Positions 37,001-46,389 of a stretch of 46,389 nucleotides of DNA are shown one piece after another. The stretch is from Klebsormidium nitens (Eukaryota > Plantae > Klebsormidiophyceae). The DNA lies in NCBI GenBank assembly GCA_000708835.1, contig DF237603.1:1-46389 (forward strand). The letters run 5' to 3'. The notes below the pieces were generated by a model that was not told the origin of the DNA, did not search any database, and saw only the letters and a list, made by a program, of their open reading frames with translations. Position 1 is the first letter of the stretch, and the number at the start of each line of letters is the position of its first letter. The translations under genes were made by a program, and so were the position numbers.

Positions 37001-40000
37001 TGGGGCAGGTTCCGTTCCGTCTGGGGCAGGTTCCGTTCACTCTGCGGGGACTTCTGGTGCCTCTGCGGGGGGTTCATCATCCGGGGGGCAACCTTCAGCG
37101 CCCGCTCACAAGCAAACGGAAACCGGGGGCGTGCAGCCCAACCCCCCCAAAGCGTGGCAGGGGGTTTCGCCGGCCAAGTCGCCAGCGAAAGCGAAGCAGG
37201 GGGTGGTGCCTGCCAGGGGGGCGGGGAAAGGGGCGCCCGGAGGGGGGGGAGAGTGGGCCCGTTTGTGCCGTATTTGCCGCAGGACGACGTGGAGGGGGGT
37301 CTGGCTGTGGAGATGTCGAGCGAGGAGCTATTGAAGCTGCTGAAGCTGGGGGCGCAGGAGTTTTGGAAACATGGTGAGGCGGCGCGCTTCGATGTTGGTG
37401 CTGTAAAGTTGCTTCTGTTCCGTCCTTGTCAAAGTTTGCTGCCCTCTTCGTAGTCCCGACTGCTCTGAAGGGCATTTGAGGCGCTGGGAGTGACCGTGAC
37501 GTTTGATTGATCTGTCCCCTCGTATTGCATCGACAGCAATTTCGAAGTCCCGTAAACCCTTCCTCTTTGGTTGTTGCGGTACCGCTTTCTTCATGGATTC
37601 GTACGCAACTCAGACAAGCGACTCCTGCATCTCAACGGCGCCTCCTAAGCCCGCACTTCGGACGCCATTCGGACGTCGTCTCAATCGTTTGCTAGGCACT
37701 GTGGACACCATTCGGACCACACCCCATTCTCCTTCCAGCCAACCCAAAGGCATTCCGGACCCCAGTTTCACACAATTCCTTCTTTGCGTCCGTGCAGTCG
37801 CGCGGGACGACAGCCTGCCCCAATTCCTCAACTTGTACCTCCGCTTCCGCAAGCGGCCCCACGATGTCGAGGGGGATCCCTCTGGGCTCGAGAGGAGCAT
37901 CGCCGACGAGGCGGCCGCCGTGCTGCAAAAGCGGGTCTTCTTGACCCTCTTCAGACTGTAAGTTTTTTAGGCAGAAGTTAGCGATGGCCTCTGTAAGGGT
38001 GCCGTAGTACATAATAGTTTGCGGTTCTGAATCGCAATGTGAGGATTAAGGAGTGTATGTCTCTTAAGGACTCGCGAGAGAGTTTTGGGGAATTTTGATG
38101 ACCTGACTACAAGGACCTGTTTCAAAGGCTTTGTCTTTTTGGCCGCGTCTAGAAAGCGGCAGTGGTCTGCTCCCGACCCGTCTAATATTCTTCTCCGTAG
38201 CTCGTTTCGGCTCCGCTTCTACTAACAAGCTGCCAAGCCCTGGCCGTTTGAAATGCGGTACAAAAGCAAACTGCAATGTATCCCACTGTTAGCGTTGTCT
38301 ATTCCGCTCTGTGCTCTTCGTCAGCCCCTTCGCCTGATGAAAAACCCCTTGCATGGGGACATCCTCCTCAACCTTCGCAGGTTTTGTGTTTCTGTGACGT
38401 TTAATATTTAGACCGCTCCCCTTTGTTTTCCCGGTCTTGCAAAGGACCGGAGAGTAGCTAAGTCTGTCAACGTCCTAGCAGCCCTTAGACTTTCTCTGGA
38501 CGCTCTTATTTCACTGTAACGTCTGAGTGTCCAAACATTCGCGGACTTGTCCTTTCAGGTCTTCGCCTAGAGAGCCGGGCGCCGCATCCGGGGAAGTCCT
38601 GTCCCCTCGAGAGCACACCGAACTGCTGCGGAGAAAGGACCTGCTGGGCGTTCCCCAGTTGATGGACATCGCGGCGATCTACGGTGCGACCAAGCCGGAC
38701 CTGACGAGACGCCTGGTACGCACCTGTTCCCTTTCTTATTCGACAAACGGGCGTTTGTGGCTCTTACTCTCACTTTTGGCACCCGTTGAAAACCTTCGCT
38801 TTTTATTCAATTTCCTGAAGACTGCGACGACGGGCATTTGTGGTTCTCATTCTACTCATGATGAAGGTTTTCGCTTCCACCTTTAAGCTTTTCGCATAAT
38901 TCTGGATGCTTGTATTGCTGTCCGTATAGACGAACATGATGGGACTCATCTTAGGCCAGTTTTCGTCGGGTCCACAGCCCCTATGACGTCAGCACTCCCC
39001 CATGACGTCAGCCCTGACTCCAAATGTACTTCATCGCAGGTCGAAAACGTGTTTGAGAATCAGCCCGGCCACCAGGCCGCCGTGGCTGCGTGCGTGGACC
39101 CCATTCTCAACACGCTCTCTTCGATGCGCGCCCGGAGCGCGGCCGCGGTTGCGGCGCTTGGGGCCCAGCAGCCGGCCAACCAGGACGTGCCACGTGTCAG
39201 GCACAATCTGAATGAGGTCATTGATTACGTCAGCGACGTGGCGGCGACCTTGGGTGCCTTTGTGGGGGTCTACCCGGCGGTCGCAGCGGTGCTTATTCCG
39301 AAGGAGGGCGAGGGAGCAAGGTCAGTCCGTATTTGAGACTTTGGGGTAGTGAAGATAGATGAGATCAAACAGGGTACCTCTGTAAGTTGGGTATCAGGAT
39401 AGAAGTCCGTATGTGACAGCTTTGCTTGGTGCATGCCTGGAAGCATTCACAAGTCTCTCGCTCTTTGCTTCGAGAATTATGTCGTTGCTACGGTGCTTTT
39501 TCTCCGACACGAAGTGATGGGAAGCACGGAGCCATCTTTAGGTTACCTGGCAGAAGAACGTACGGATTGTGAACACGCGGAGCATTTACAGCTTCAGCAC
39601 AGATCTTGGACCACTAACTTTCCACTTGTACCGTCTCCTGACCTGCTTTATCCATCCTTTGCGCAGCCCGAAGGGGTCAAAGGAGGCCTCTTTTCAAATC
39701 CACTATAACTTCACAAGTTGCGCATGCGAAGACTTCAACCACTGATCAGTCCTGAAGTCACTCCCTGTCCACATACTTTTCCGCAGCCCGAAAGGCACGC
39801 TCCTCTCCGCGCTGGCAACCGCCCACGACCGCTTGCTCCCCACCGTCCTTTGGGGCCTCCGTTCCCTGCCCCCCAGCACTGACGTCAGCCCCGACGTCAG
39901 CCTGGCGTCAGCGGCGCTTCGGGCCTCCGAGCAGAGGCGCGCCCAGCACGCGCGTGCACGCATCGCCTCTTTGGCTTGGGCCGTACTCGAAGCCAGGTTC

Positions 40001-42612
40001 TTCGCTGCCGGGGGGGCCGGAAAGGCCGGCGGAGGAGCCCCCCAGAACGAGAGTGGCAGTGCGCTGGTGGAGGCGCTGGGTAGCCTGCGGGGAGGTGAGG
40101 ACGAGACTGAGAATTCGGACGCCGGACGGAGGGGGGCGCTTCTGCGGACGCTGGATCGGAAGAAGGACTTGAGGGGGCTGATGAGGAGGCTACAGGCGAG
40201 CGGTGAGTCGCCGCTGGAGTCATGAGGTTCCCAGCGCGTTGAGCTCTCACCATGTCATTGGGCATATCTGTTGACTGGCGATAGACGCCTTTCTTGTCAT
40301 CCAATTTTGGGATGCTGACAAACGTAGAGAGTATTGGCACCTACTTTCAGAATAAGCGAAACCGACAAAGCTGGAGCAGCAAGCTGCCGAGTGATCAACC
40401 GGTCCCGCTGACCAAAGCTTCCGCCTCTAGAAAGCTATTCATTGTGCTCTGATTTGGAAACCCTGTTATCTTTCTGGCGGGCCAAAAAGAGGAGTCAACA
40501 TTTCGTCCCGGAGAACACGTTTGGCACCAAGAGGTTTCCTCAATCAGCATCCGTCGCTGCCTTTGCAGGCAAGACTAACATCGACAGCGCCCAGCTAGAG
40601 TCCATCGACGCACTCCTGGGGCCCCCCGAAACGAAGCGTTCCGCCAGGCAGACTACCGCGAGTGGTGCATCGGCCGCAAGCGACACGGCGAGCGCAGAGG
40701 AGGAGGCCCTGCAGAAGTCCAAGCTCAGCCAGATCAAGGTACGATTCTGACGCGTGCGAAGCGTAACAAGGCCTCTTACAGCCGGAATCCGCGAGAGGTG
40801 ACTCCTTAATCAGGAGTCATCGACCTGTAGTAGCGCTCTTTTCGATGGCTTTTTTTGAAATCTGTGATCAGGGGTTGCCTCTTGCTATCCTGCTTGCTCT
40901 ACTGTTGTGAAATTCGCCTTATGCCAGAAACCCTGGCCAATTTATGTGAAGAGGCTATGTGCAGGTTGAAAGTGATTGTTCCCTTGACAGCACCTTTCTG
41001 ACTTGCAACGCGGCCCTCTCGTGTTGGTGTGTCCTCATAGACCTACAGTTTAGGTAGGATAGTTCAACGTAGGATATGGTCAGTGCCCGGCTAACGGGTA
41101 GTTTGGTGGTTGGGGTGGGTACGGATGCGGAACAGGTACATTTCCTGATTTAAGTTTTTAGGTTTGTTCTCCCCCGGGAACTATTTTTAATCTACCTAGA
41201 AACTATCCTCTATACTACAGGAGTATTTCATTCCAGCTCTACCACCGCACAGGGTTCAAGGTTGCAATAAGTGTCCTCGCCCCTGTTGTCTAAGCGTCGG
41301 AGTAAACGTTGGCCGTGTCATTATCCCAGCGCTTGTTGAGGTGGTCGCTTATTCCGGAATGTGCCCAATCCTTTCCGCTTACAAAATCGACGATTCTGAT
41401 TAGACCATACTGGGTCGGCTTTACTTTAGAATCTTAGGTTCCGCTGTTCATGAAAGTTGCGTTTTCATTTATTACTAAGCTAATCCGGCTTAACGGCGCT
41501 GCTAACAGGACCTCCTTCCCGACTACGGCGACGGATTTTTGGCCGTCTGTTTGGACGCTTACGACAACGACGCGGAACAGGTCATCGCGCACCTCCTGGA
41601 CGGGAACCTCTCCCCGGCACTCGCGGCACTTGACACCAAAATGATGGAGAAGCCGCGGCCGCAGGCCGAGCCCAAGCTTGGTGTCAAGGATAAAGGCAAG
41701 GCGAAAGTGGTGGAAGAAGCGGCGGAGACGGGCGGGGTTAGCAGCCGGAGTCAAGGGGTTAAGGGAGGGTTTGGCGAAGCAGGTCCGAGCGGCTCGTCGA
41801 CCGCAGGCGCTTCGTCGGTCGTTCCCGGCACTTCGTCGGCTGCCGTGAGCGCTTCGTCCTCTGTCCCGGGCGCTTCGTCGTCGGCGTCGGGCGCTTCCGA
41901 GGCGGCGAAACGCTCGAGCGCGGACCAGTCGGGGCGTTACGTCCGGCGCGACCGGGCGCCGTCGGACGCGGTCGCGCTGCTCGACGCGCGCGGCAAGGGC
42001 GACGAGCGGCTGCGGAAGATGGCGACCGAGTACGAGTACGAGGACGAGTACGACGACTCGTTCGACGAGCTGACGACGTACGGAACGGACGCCGGGGACG
42101 AGGAGGGGCTCGACGCGGCGGTCGCAAAAGTCCGGGGGGGTGCCGCCGTTGCGCCCACCGGGTGGGGGGAGCAGAAGGGGGCGGCGCCGTCCCCCCCGAA
42201 GCGGAACCCGGGTCCCCCAGGGGCGAAGAAGAGCGGGCCGCAGTTTTACGTCAAGGACGGAAAGAACTACAGCTACAAGGTGGCCGGATCGGTGGCGGTG
42301 GAGTCGGTGGAAGCCGCGGCGGTGATGAAAACGGAGCAGGAGGCGCTCATTCACGGCCTGGGCGCGGGGGGCAACGTGCCGCATGTGAATGCGCGCGAGT
42401 CGGAGGAGAGCGGGTCGGAAGAAGAGGGCGAGGGGGAGGGTGGGGAGCCCGGCCCGGGGGGGAGAGGAAGAGGGGGCGGAAGAGGGGGGGGGAGAGGAGG
42501 CGCGGGGAGGGGCTCGTTCGCGCGGAAGGAGCAGAACAAGAGCAGCGTCGCGAATCACCGGAGGAAGGACCGGGCGACCGCGAAGTTCGTCAAGGCCGTC
42601 GGGGGGTTCTGA
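34020..42612 (+). CDS. ASCC2: Activating signal cointegrator 1 complex subunit 2 (ASCC2)-like CUE-domain protein with very long disordered N-terminus, 7 exons, ~1,880 aa (needs +1 nt near 37242-37249)
   Basis: Exons 34020-37373, 37798-37957, 38559-38715, 39040-39320, 39787-40202, 40569-40738, 41509-42612. Conserved blocks: FVPYLPQD...LLKL..QEFWKHVARDDSLPQFLNLYLRFRKRPHD; VFLTLFRLSS; LMDIAAIYG; CUE domain QIKDLLPDYGDGFLAVCLDAYDNDAEQVIAHLLDGNL; YEYEDEYDDSFD; QFYVKDGKNYSYKVAGS; ARKEQNKSSVANHRRKDRATAK. Exon 1 changes frame around the G8 run. Confidence 0.88.
34418..34470 (+). repeat. Coding 15-bp tandem repeat (VNGPG) x ~3
   Basis: gtaaacaggcctggt gtgaacgggcctggt gtgaacgggcctggt gcgaat. Confidence 0.85.
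41509..41640 (+). other. CUE ubiquitin-binding domain of ASCC2
   Basis: DLLPDYGDGFLAVCLDAYDNDAEQVIAHLLDGNL: LP and LL signature positions of CUE, as in ASCC2/Cue3. Confidence 0.88.
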
Positions 42613-44082
42613 GTGAGCCCGTGAATGGCCGCATGAGAGCATGCGAGTGTCCGCTTGGGTCGGATTTCTGATCTTTGTGATGTTGCTCCCATGTTTCGCG
42701 TAGGCCGCCGCAGGCTGTGAGCATAGCTCGGTCACTGTCGAAAACGCGGATTGCAGAGCGGCCAGAGAGTGTGGACTGTCGTACTTTGTGCGCAAAAGAC
42801 GCCTCAGATTGAATGGAGTTTTGATCATACTTGGCTTTCCACTTCAGAGTACGATTTGTAAACCACGCGCCACTTAATTGAGCTGGCAAGGGCGGTGGAA
42901 ATGACGCTGCTGTTTTATCATGTAATGTTGAGATCAGCATCAGATCAATGGTCTGCCACCATGATCCGGTCACCCTATGTGCCAAACGCTCGTCGCATTA
43001 CTGGTAGCTCTGCAGAGCGCAACCAGATTCTTATTAACCTAGAATTGGCCCGGATGCGATAGACCTGCTTGCCGTCCATCAATAGTTCCAAATCTGTACA
43101 TTAGAGTCTCCCGCATGTCCATGTGTCACGCGCAGATATATATCGCCTTATCGATGCGCCTGGCCGTCGATGCCAACTGGATAGCGGCCGGCCAATGAGT
43201 GAACGATAACATCAACATCCCGTTGCAACATTCCGAATTTACCTCCTAAATCATACGGAGAGTCTTATGATTGTCGTGTCTTCCGAGTCGTCCTAGCTAC
43301 ATCACACGTACTGGTCGTCAAAAGAAGGCCTATAGCAAGTATGAATAACCGCAGTTTGTATCGAACCGACCACAGTATGAGACAGCCGCACTGCAGGTAT
43401 ATTCTGCTGGACAGTCCAGCTCGCCTTGTAGAATGCCAATGGCAATCTCAAATACATAGTACGTCTACGTACGTACCTTTGTAAAGCCGGCCTGCGCTGC
43501 CCGCGCTACAGAATTCCACCAGCGAGGCGTGGCGCTTCAGTTCATTTTCTGATCATGCATCGATGCCTCCCTTTCACAACATTGTGACGAAATAAACACG
43601 GGTCTCCGCTGAAGAATGAGGTACACTCCGCCGCCGCCGCCGGCAGTGCACAATTTGCACATCAGCCGAATTCACCGGCACTCTAGGGAGCCTCTCATGT
43701 TGCATCATGCTCAAGGTTACAATATAGTTGGTGAGTGGCCATGAACAAGAAGGATGGCATACCAAGGCGCCTTACTTAACTCAATATCTCTTCCTTGGGT
43801 AAACTGGAATCAGAGTTTGTCATCTCCGACCCATCTCCGAGTTCATGATATTAGCGACGGGGCTGCCTGTCATTCTTATCCGGAGGTTACGATTGTGCAC
43901 GTGAACCGGGCCTACCGATGGGTTTGAAGGGTACGGTTCAAGAGGGCGGCCGCGCCCAGCCGCGCGTACCCGTTCCCCTTGCGGCTAACCCTTCTTATTT
44001 CGTCACAATATTACCAACGCCATTATCACTTTTCACCTGCCTGCGGGTGCTCGCCGCTAAGTCCTCCTCCAAGAAAGGCAGC

Positions 44083-45647
44083 ATGGCAGCTCGGCCTTCC
44101 TCCCCGCTCTCCTGTTTGTTCTAGCACTGACGTGCCGGAGGTCTCTGCACACGTCAGCAGCGCGCATCATCAAGCCTGGAAGCAGCTACCTTCCCAGCCT
44201 CGACGACCAGCTGCCGGTGGAGAAGGCACCAGCTGACGCCACCCCGCCGAACCCGTGCGGCCATTTTGACTCCGATGACCCCCTTGACGCCGGCAACGCG
44301 CATCAGCCGTGCTATGGACCGGATGGGGAGGTTTGGTATTGCTGGTAATTGCGCCATACTACTTTCTCTAGGTGCCTGATCGCTTGACTGGTTGAGTGAT
44401 GCTGCTGTCTCTTCTCTTGTCGGACGTGCTTGATCATTTGTAGAGCTTGACCTTGACTTGGCAAAGGCTGCCATTGGGCCCCTCAACGAATCCTCTTCAG
44501 CTTAATGTATGCAATCCTTTGAATGAGATTGGGAATGTGCACGTAAGTTGATCGAACTTCGCCTGTTCAATCAGTGAACGTTATCCTAGCCCAACTTCCT
44601 TTTAATCAGGATTTTGATCACTGATCAATCAAGATTAATTGATTAGAGTTTTGTTCACTGTTTGAACGAGCGAAATTCGGTCAACTCATGCACATTCCCA
44701 ATTGACCATGACGACGTCCGAGCCTGACTCAGCCTTTGCCATGATCTTAAACAAAGACCAGGATTATCTAGCTCAAGCTTGCTGGCTATTGTGCGAATGA
44801 TCCCCTTCGAAAACTAGCCACAAGGTCACACTGACCTTGCAATGCGCATATAGAATTTGAGCCGGCGCTGAATAGTGGCTCTGTTTCCTGTGCAGCCTTG
44901 CTGGGAGCACCATGTGCTCATGTCCGAAAGCTGTGATTGACCGTGATGCTGCCGCTGAATTTGGCTGCTACAACTACGTAATATCTGGTTGATGCTTTTA
45001 ATGTTACTTCTATCGAGTGTTTTTGATGCTGGCATGGAAGTATAAGACGTAGCGCCTCGAGTTCTCCCGTACGGTCGTTTGAATCAGACAAGTTGCTCAT
45101 GACTTTTGCAGCGACGTTAATGGCAAATAGTCGTCAGTTGTTGACCTCTATGCACGATTCCCCGATCTGTTCATTCTCACTCTTCAGACTCGATAGTTAC
45201 TTGCAAGCACACAGTAGTACAGTCAACCGCCAATGAGCTGACCTTTCACTTGACGGGCTTAACCGCTTGACAGCTCGAGTCCGTGCGCCACTAGCACTGA
45301 CGCAACTAATTGATTTGCCGGTGTTGTAGGTTGCAGACAACTCTCTGAATGCAAACACGGGCGCAGAGTGCGGCTACTTCTTCCCAGAGATCACAGGGTA
45401 CGCTGGCAGGATGCTCGCCGCAAACGCTACGGGCCACGCTTGCCCGCCTCGAGACAGACTCTCGTATCCTCTGGGTCCTGGTTCCACGAGTGGTTGTCCG
45501 ACAAGCGGCACCCTCTTCTGCTCCTATCCAGCTTTGCCGAACGAGAACCCCAACGACTTCTTTTGCAACTATGATGCGAGCACTGGACAGCTGACGCAGG
45601 ATAACGATGCGGGTTACTGCCTCTCCTCGGCTCCTGCGTGCAGCTAA
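44083..45647 (+). CDS. Putative small secreted cysteine-rich protein, 2 exons, ~188 aa; apparent 1-nt frameshift near the start (assembly error or young pseudogene)
   Basis: Exon 1 is 44083-44330. ATG GCA GCT CGG is one base out of frame with an open frame reading FLPALLFVLALTCRRSLHTSAARIIKPGSSYLPSLDDQLPVEKAPADATPPNPCGHFDSDDPLDAGNAHQPCYGPDGE, which ends at a phase-0 GT donor (GAG|gtttgg). Exon 2 is 45330-45647 (gtgttgtag|GTT): VADNSLNANTGAECGYFFPEITGYAGRMLAANATGHACPPRDRLSYPLGPGSTSGCPTSGTLFCSYPALPNENPNDFFCNYDASTGQLTQDNDAGYCLSSAPACS*. Confidence 0.65.
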
Positions 45648-46040
45648 CAAGGGCGTGCTGCGAGCTTAGAAGGCAAGGGCTAAGTTCCAACAACCAAAGT
45701 GCTCATTGGGAAAGCTAAGGTTTGCTACATTTGTCCTAACTTCGAACTAAAAGATCGGGGGTTGTAGCTAAGCGAAAACGCAAGACTGGTTTCGAGGCTC
45801 TGGCTCGATCCATGTAAAAACTAATAGGTTCGAGGCGAATAAGGCTTCTTGGAGCTTACAATCAAACTGAAATGAACCTAAAGCTGTCGCTCAGAAATTT
45901 TAGAGACTCAACATAGTACGCGTGTGCCGGCGGCTTTCGACATCATGGACACTGAAGACGGCCAAATACTTACTAGTAGCTTCCATATAGCATGCGCATC
46001 GGGAAACACACAATCGATTTTTCTCCTCACAGGCAGCTTC

Positions 46041-46159
46041 TTAGGCACGTATCATGCTGCGTTTAGGCTATCTTAGGCATGCCTAACAGTGGCAAACCTG
46101 CCTAATGAACATTAGGCATGCCGAGTGGGTCTTAGGCCGGTCTTAGGCAGGTTTTAGGC
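46041..46159. repeat. Cluster of 9 TTAGGC/GCCTAA hexamers in both orientations, with palindromes
   Basis: TTAGGC at 46041, 46063, 46073, 46112, 46132, 46143, 46154; GCCTAA at 46081, 46100. Perfect palindrome ttaggcatgcctaa at 46073-46086. Hairpin gcctaatg-aa-cattaggc at 46100-46117. Confidence 0.85.
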
Positions 46160-46351
46160 AACTTAGTGCTTTCTCACAGTGATCTATCGTACGAGAACGC
46201 ACGAAACTGCATGAAAGCCTTATGATTACGGGTTGACGTACGATTGCTGCACGCAACTAACGGGGACGGCATATTGCGCCGCAAGCCCGCCGCAAGCCGA
46301 CAAGCCTTGCCATGCCGAGGGCGGTCCGTGCCGGGTAGTGTCCAGATAGCG

Positions 46352-46379
46352 ACACGTGGCGCAGAACGTGCCACGTGGC
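46352..46379. promoter_or_regulatory. Paired G-box/ABRE-like elements
   Basis: ACACGTGGC at 46352-46360 and palindromic GCCACGTGGC at 46370-46379. Confidence 0.45.
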
Positions 46380-46389
46380 GGCGATGGGG

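Noticed and set aside
38980-39016. Two TGACGTCA (CRE/as-1-like) words in ASCC2 intron 3
   Set aside because: They come from a short local tandem duplication next to the acceptor; no evidence of regulatory use.
931-42612. Deubiquitinase and ubiquitin-reader (ASCC2) genes close together as a functional cluster
   Set aside because: They are separated by two unrelated genes; ubiquitin-system genes are numerous in eukaryotes, so adjacency is expected by chance.
41434-42828. 464-aa minus-strand ORF
   Set aside because: Antisense shadow of the GC-rich last ASCC2 exon; Arg/Leu/Pro-rich, with no recognisable domain.
1-46389. tRNA, rRNA, CRISPR arrays, and transposase/RT/integrase ORFs
   Set aside because: By eye I found no cloverleaf with proper T- and D-loops, no rRNA signature, no repeat-spacer array, and no DDE or RT motifs. 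Small ncRNAs could be missed without Infernal.

Overview
Eukaryotic, intron-rich genomic DNA: GC-rich exons, GT-AG introns of about 200-900 bp, and one 161-nt N gap. Gene content and style suggest a green alga or early streptophyte (Klebsormidium-like); this is inference, not verified. I spliced five genes by hand. (1) A 38-exon, ~2,450-aa USP9X/USP24 (fat-facets)-type deubiquitinase, 931-23519 (+). (2) A 4-exon membrane-anchored FkbM-family methyltransferase, 26062-28909 (+). (3) A mitochondrial o-type thioredoxin (WCGPC), 30771-33672 (-), largely invisible in the ORF track. (4) An ASCC2/CUE-domain protein, 34020-42612 (+), with a ~1,080-aa disordered N-terminal extension carrying 10 GW motifs (9 TGW) and an apparent 1-nt frameshift at a G8 run. 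(5) A small secreted Cys-rich protein, 44083-45647 (+), whose first exon is missed by the ORF track because of an apparent 1-nt frameshift, and whose C-terminal module resembles my recollection of mushroom-fungus secreted proteins. Other signals: repeated duplication of exon-end/5' splice-site segments into USP introns, a GC-AG intron, and TTAGGG- and TTAGGC-core motif arrays at the two window ends. I saw no rRNA, tRNA, CRISPR array or intact transposase/RT ORF. Most short ORFs in the track are shadows of GC-rich exons. Family assignments rest on motif recognition from memory; no searches were run.
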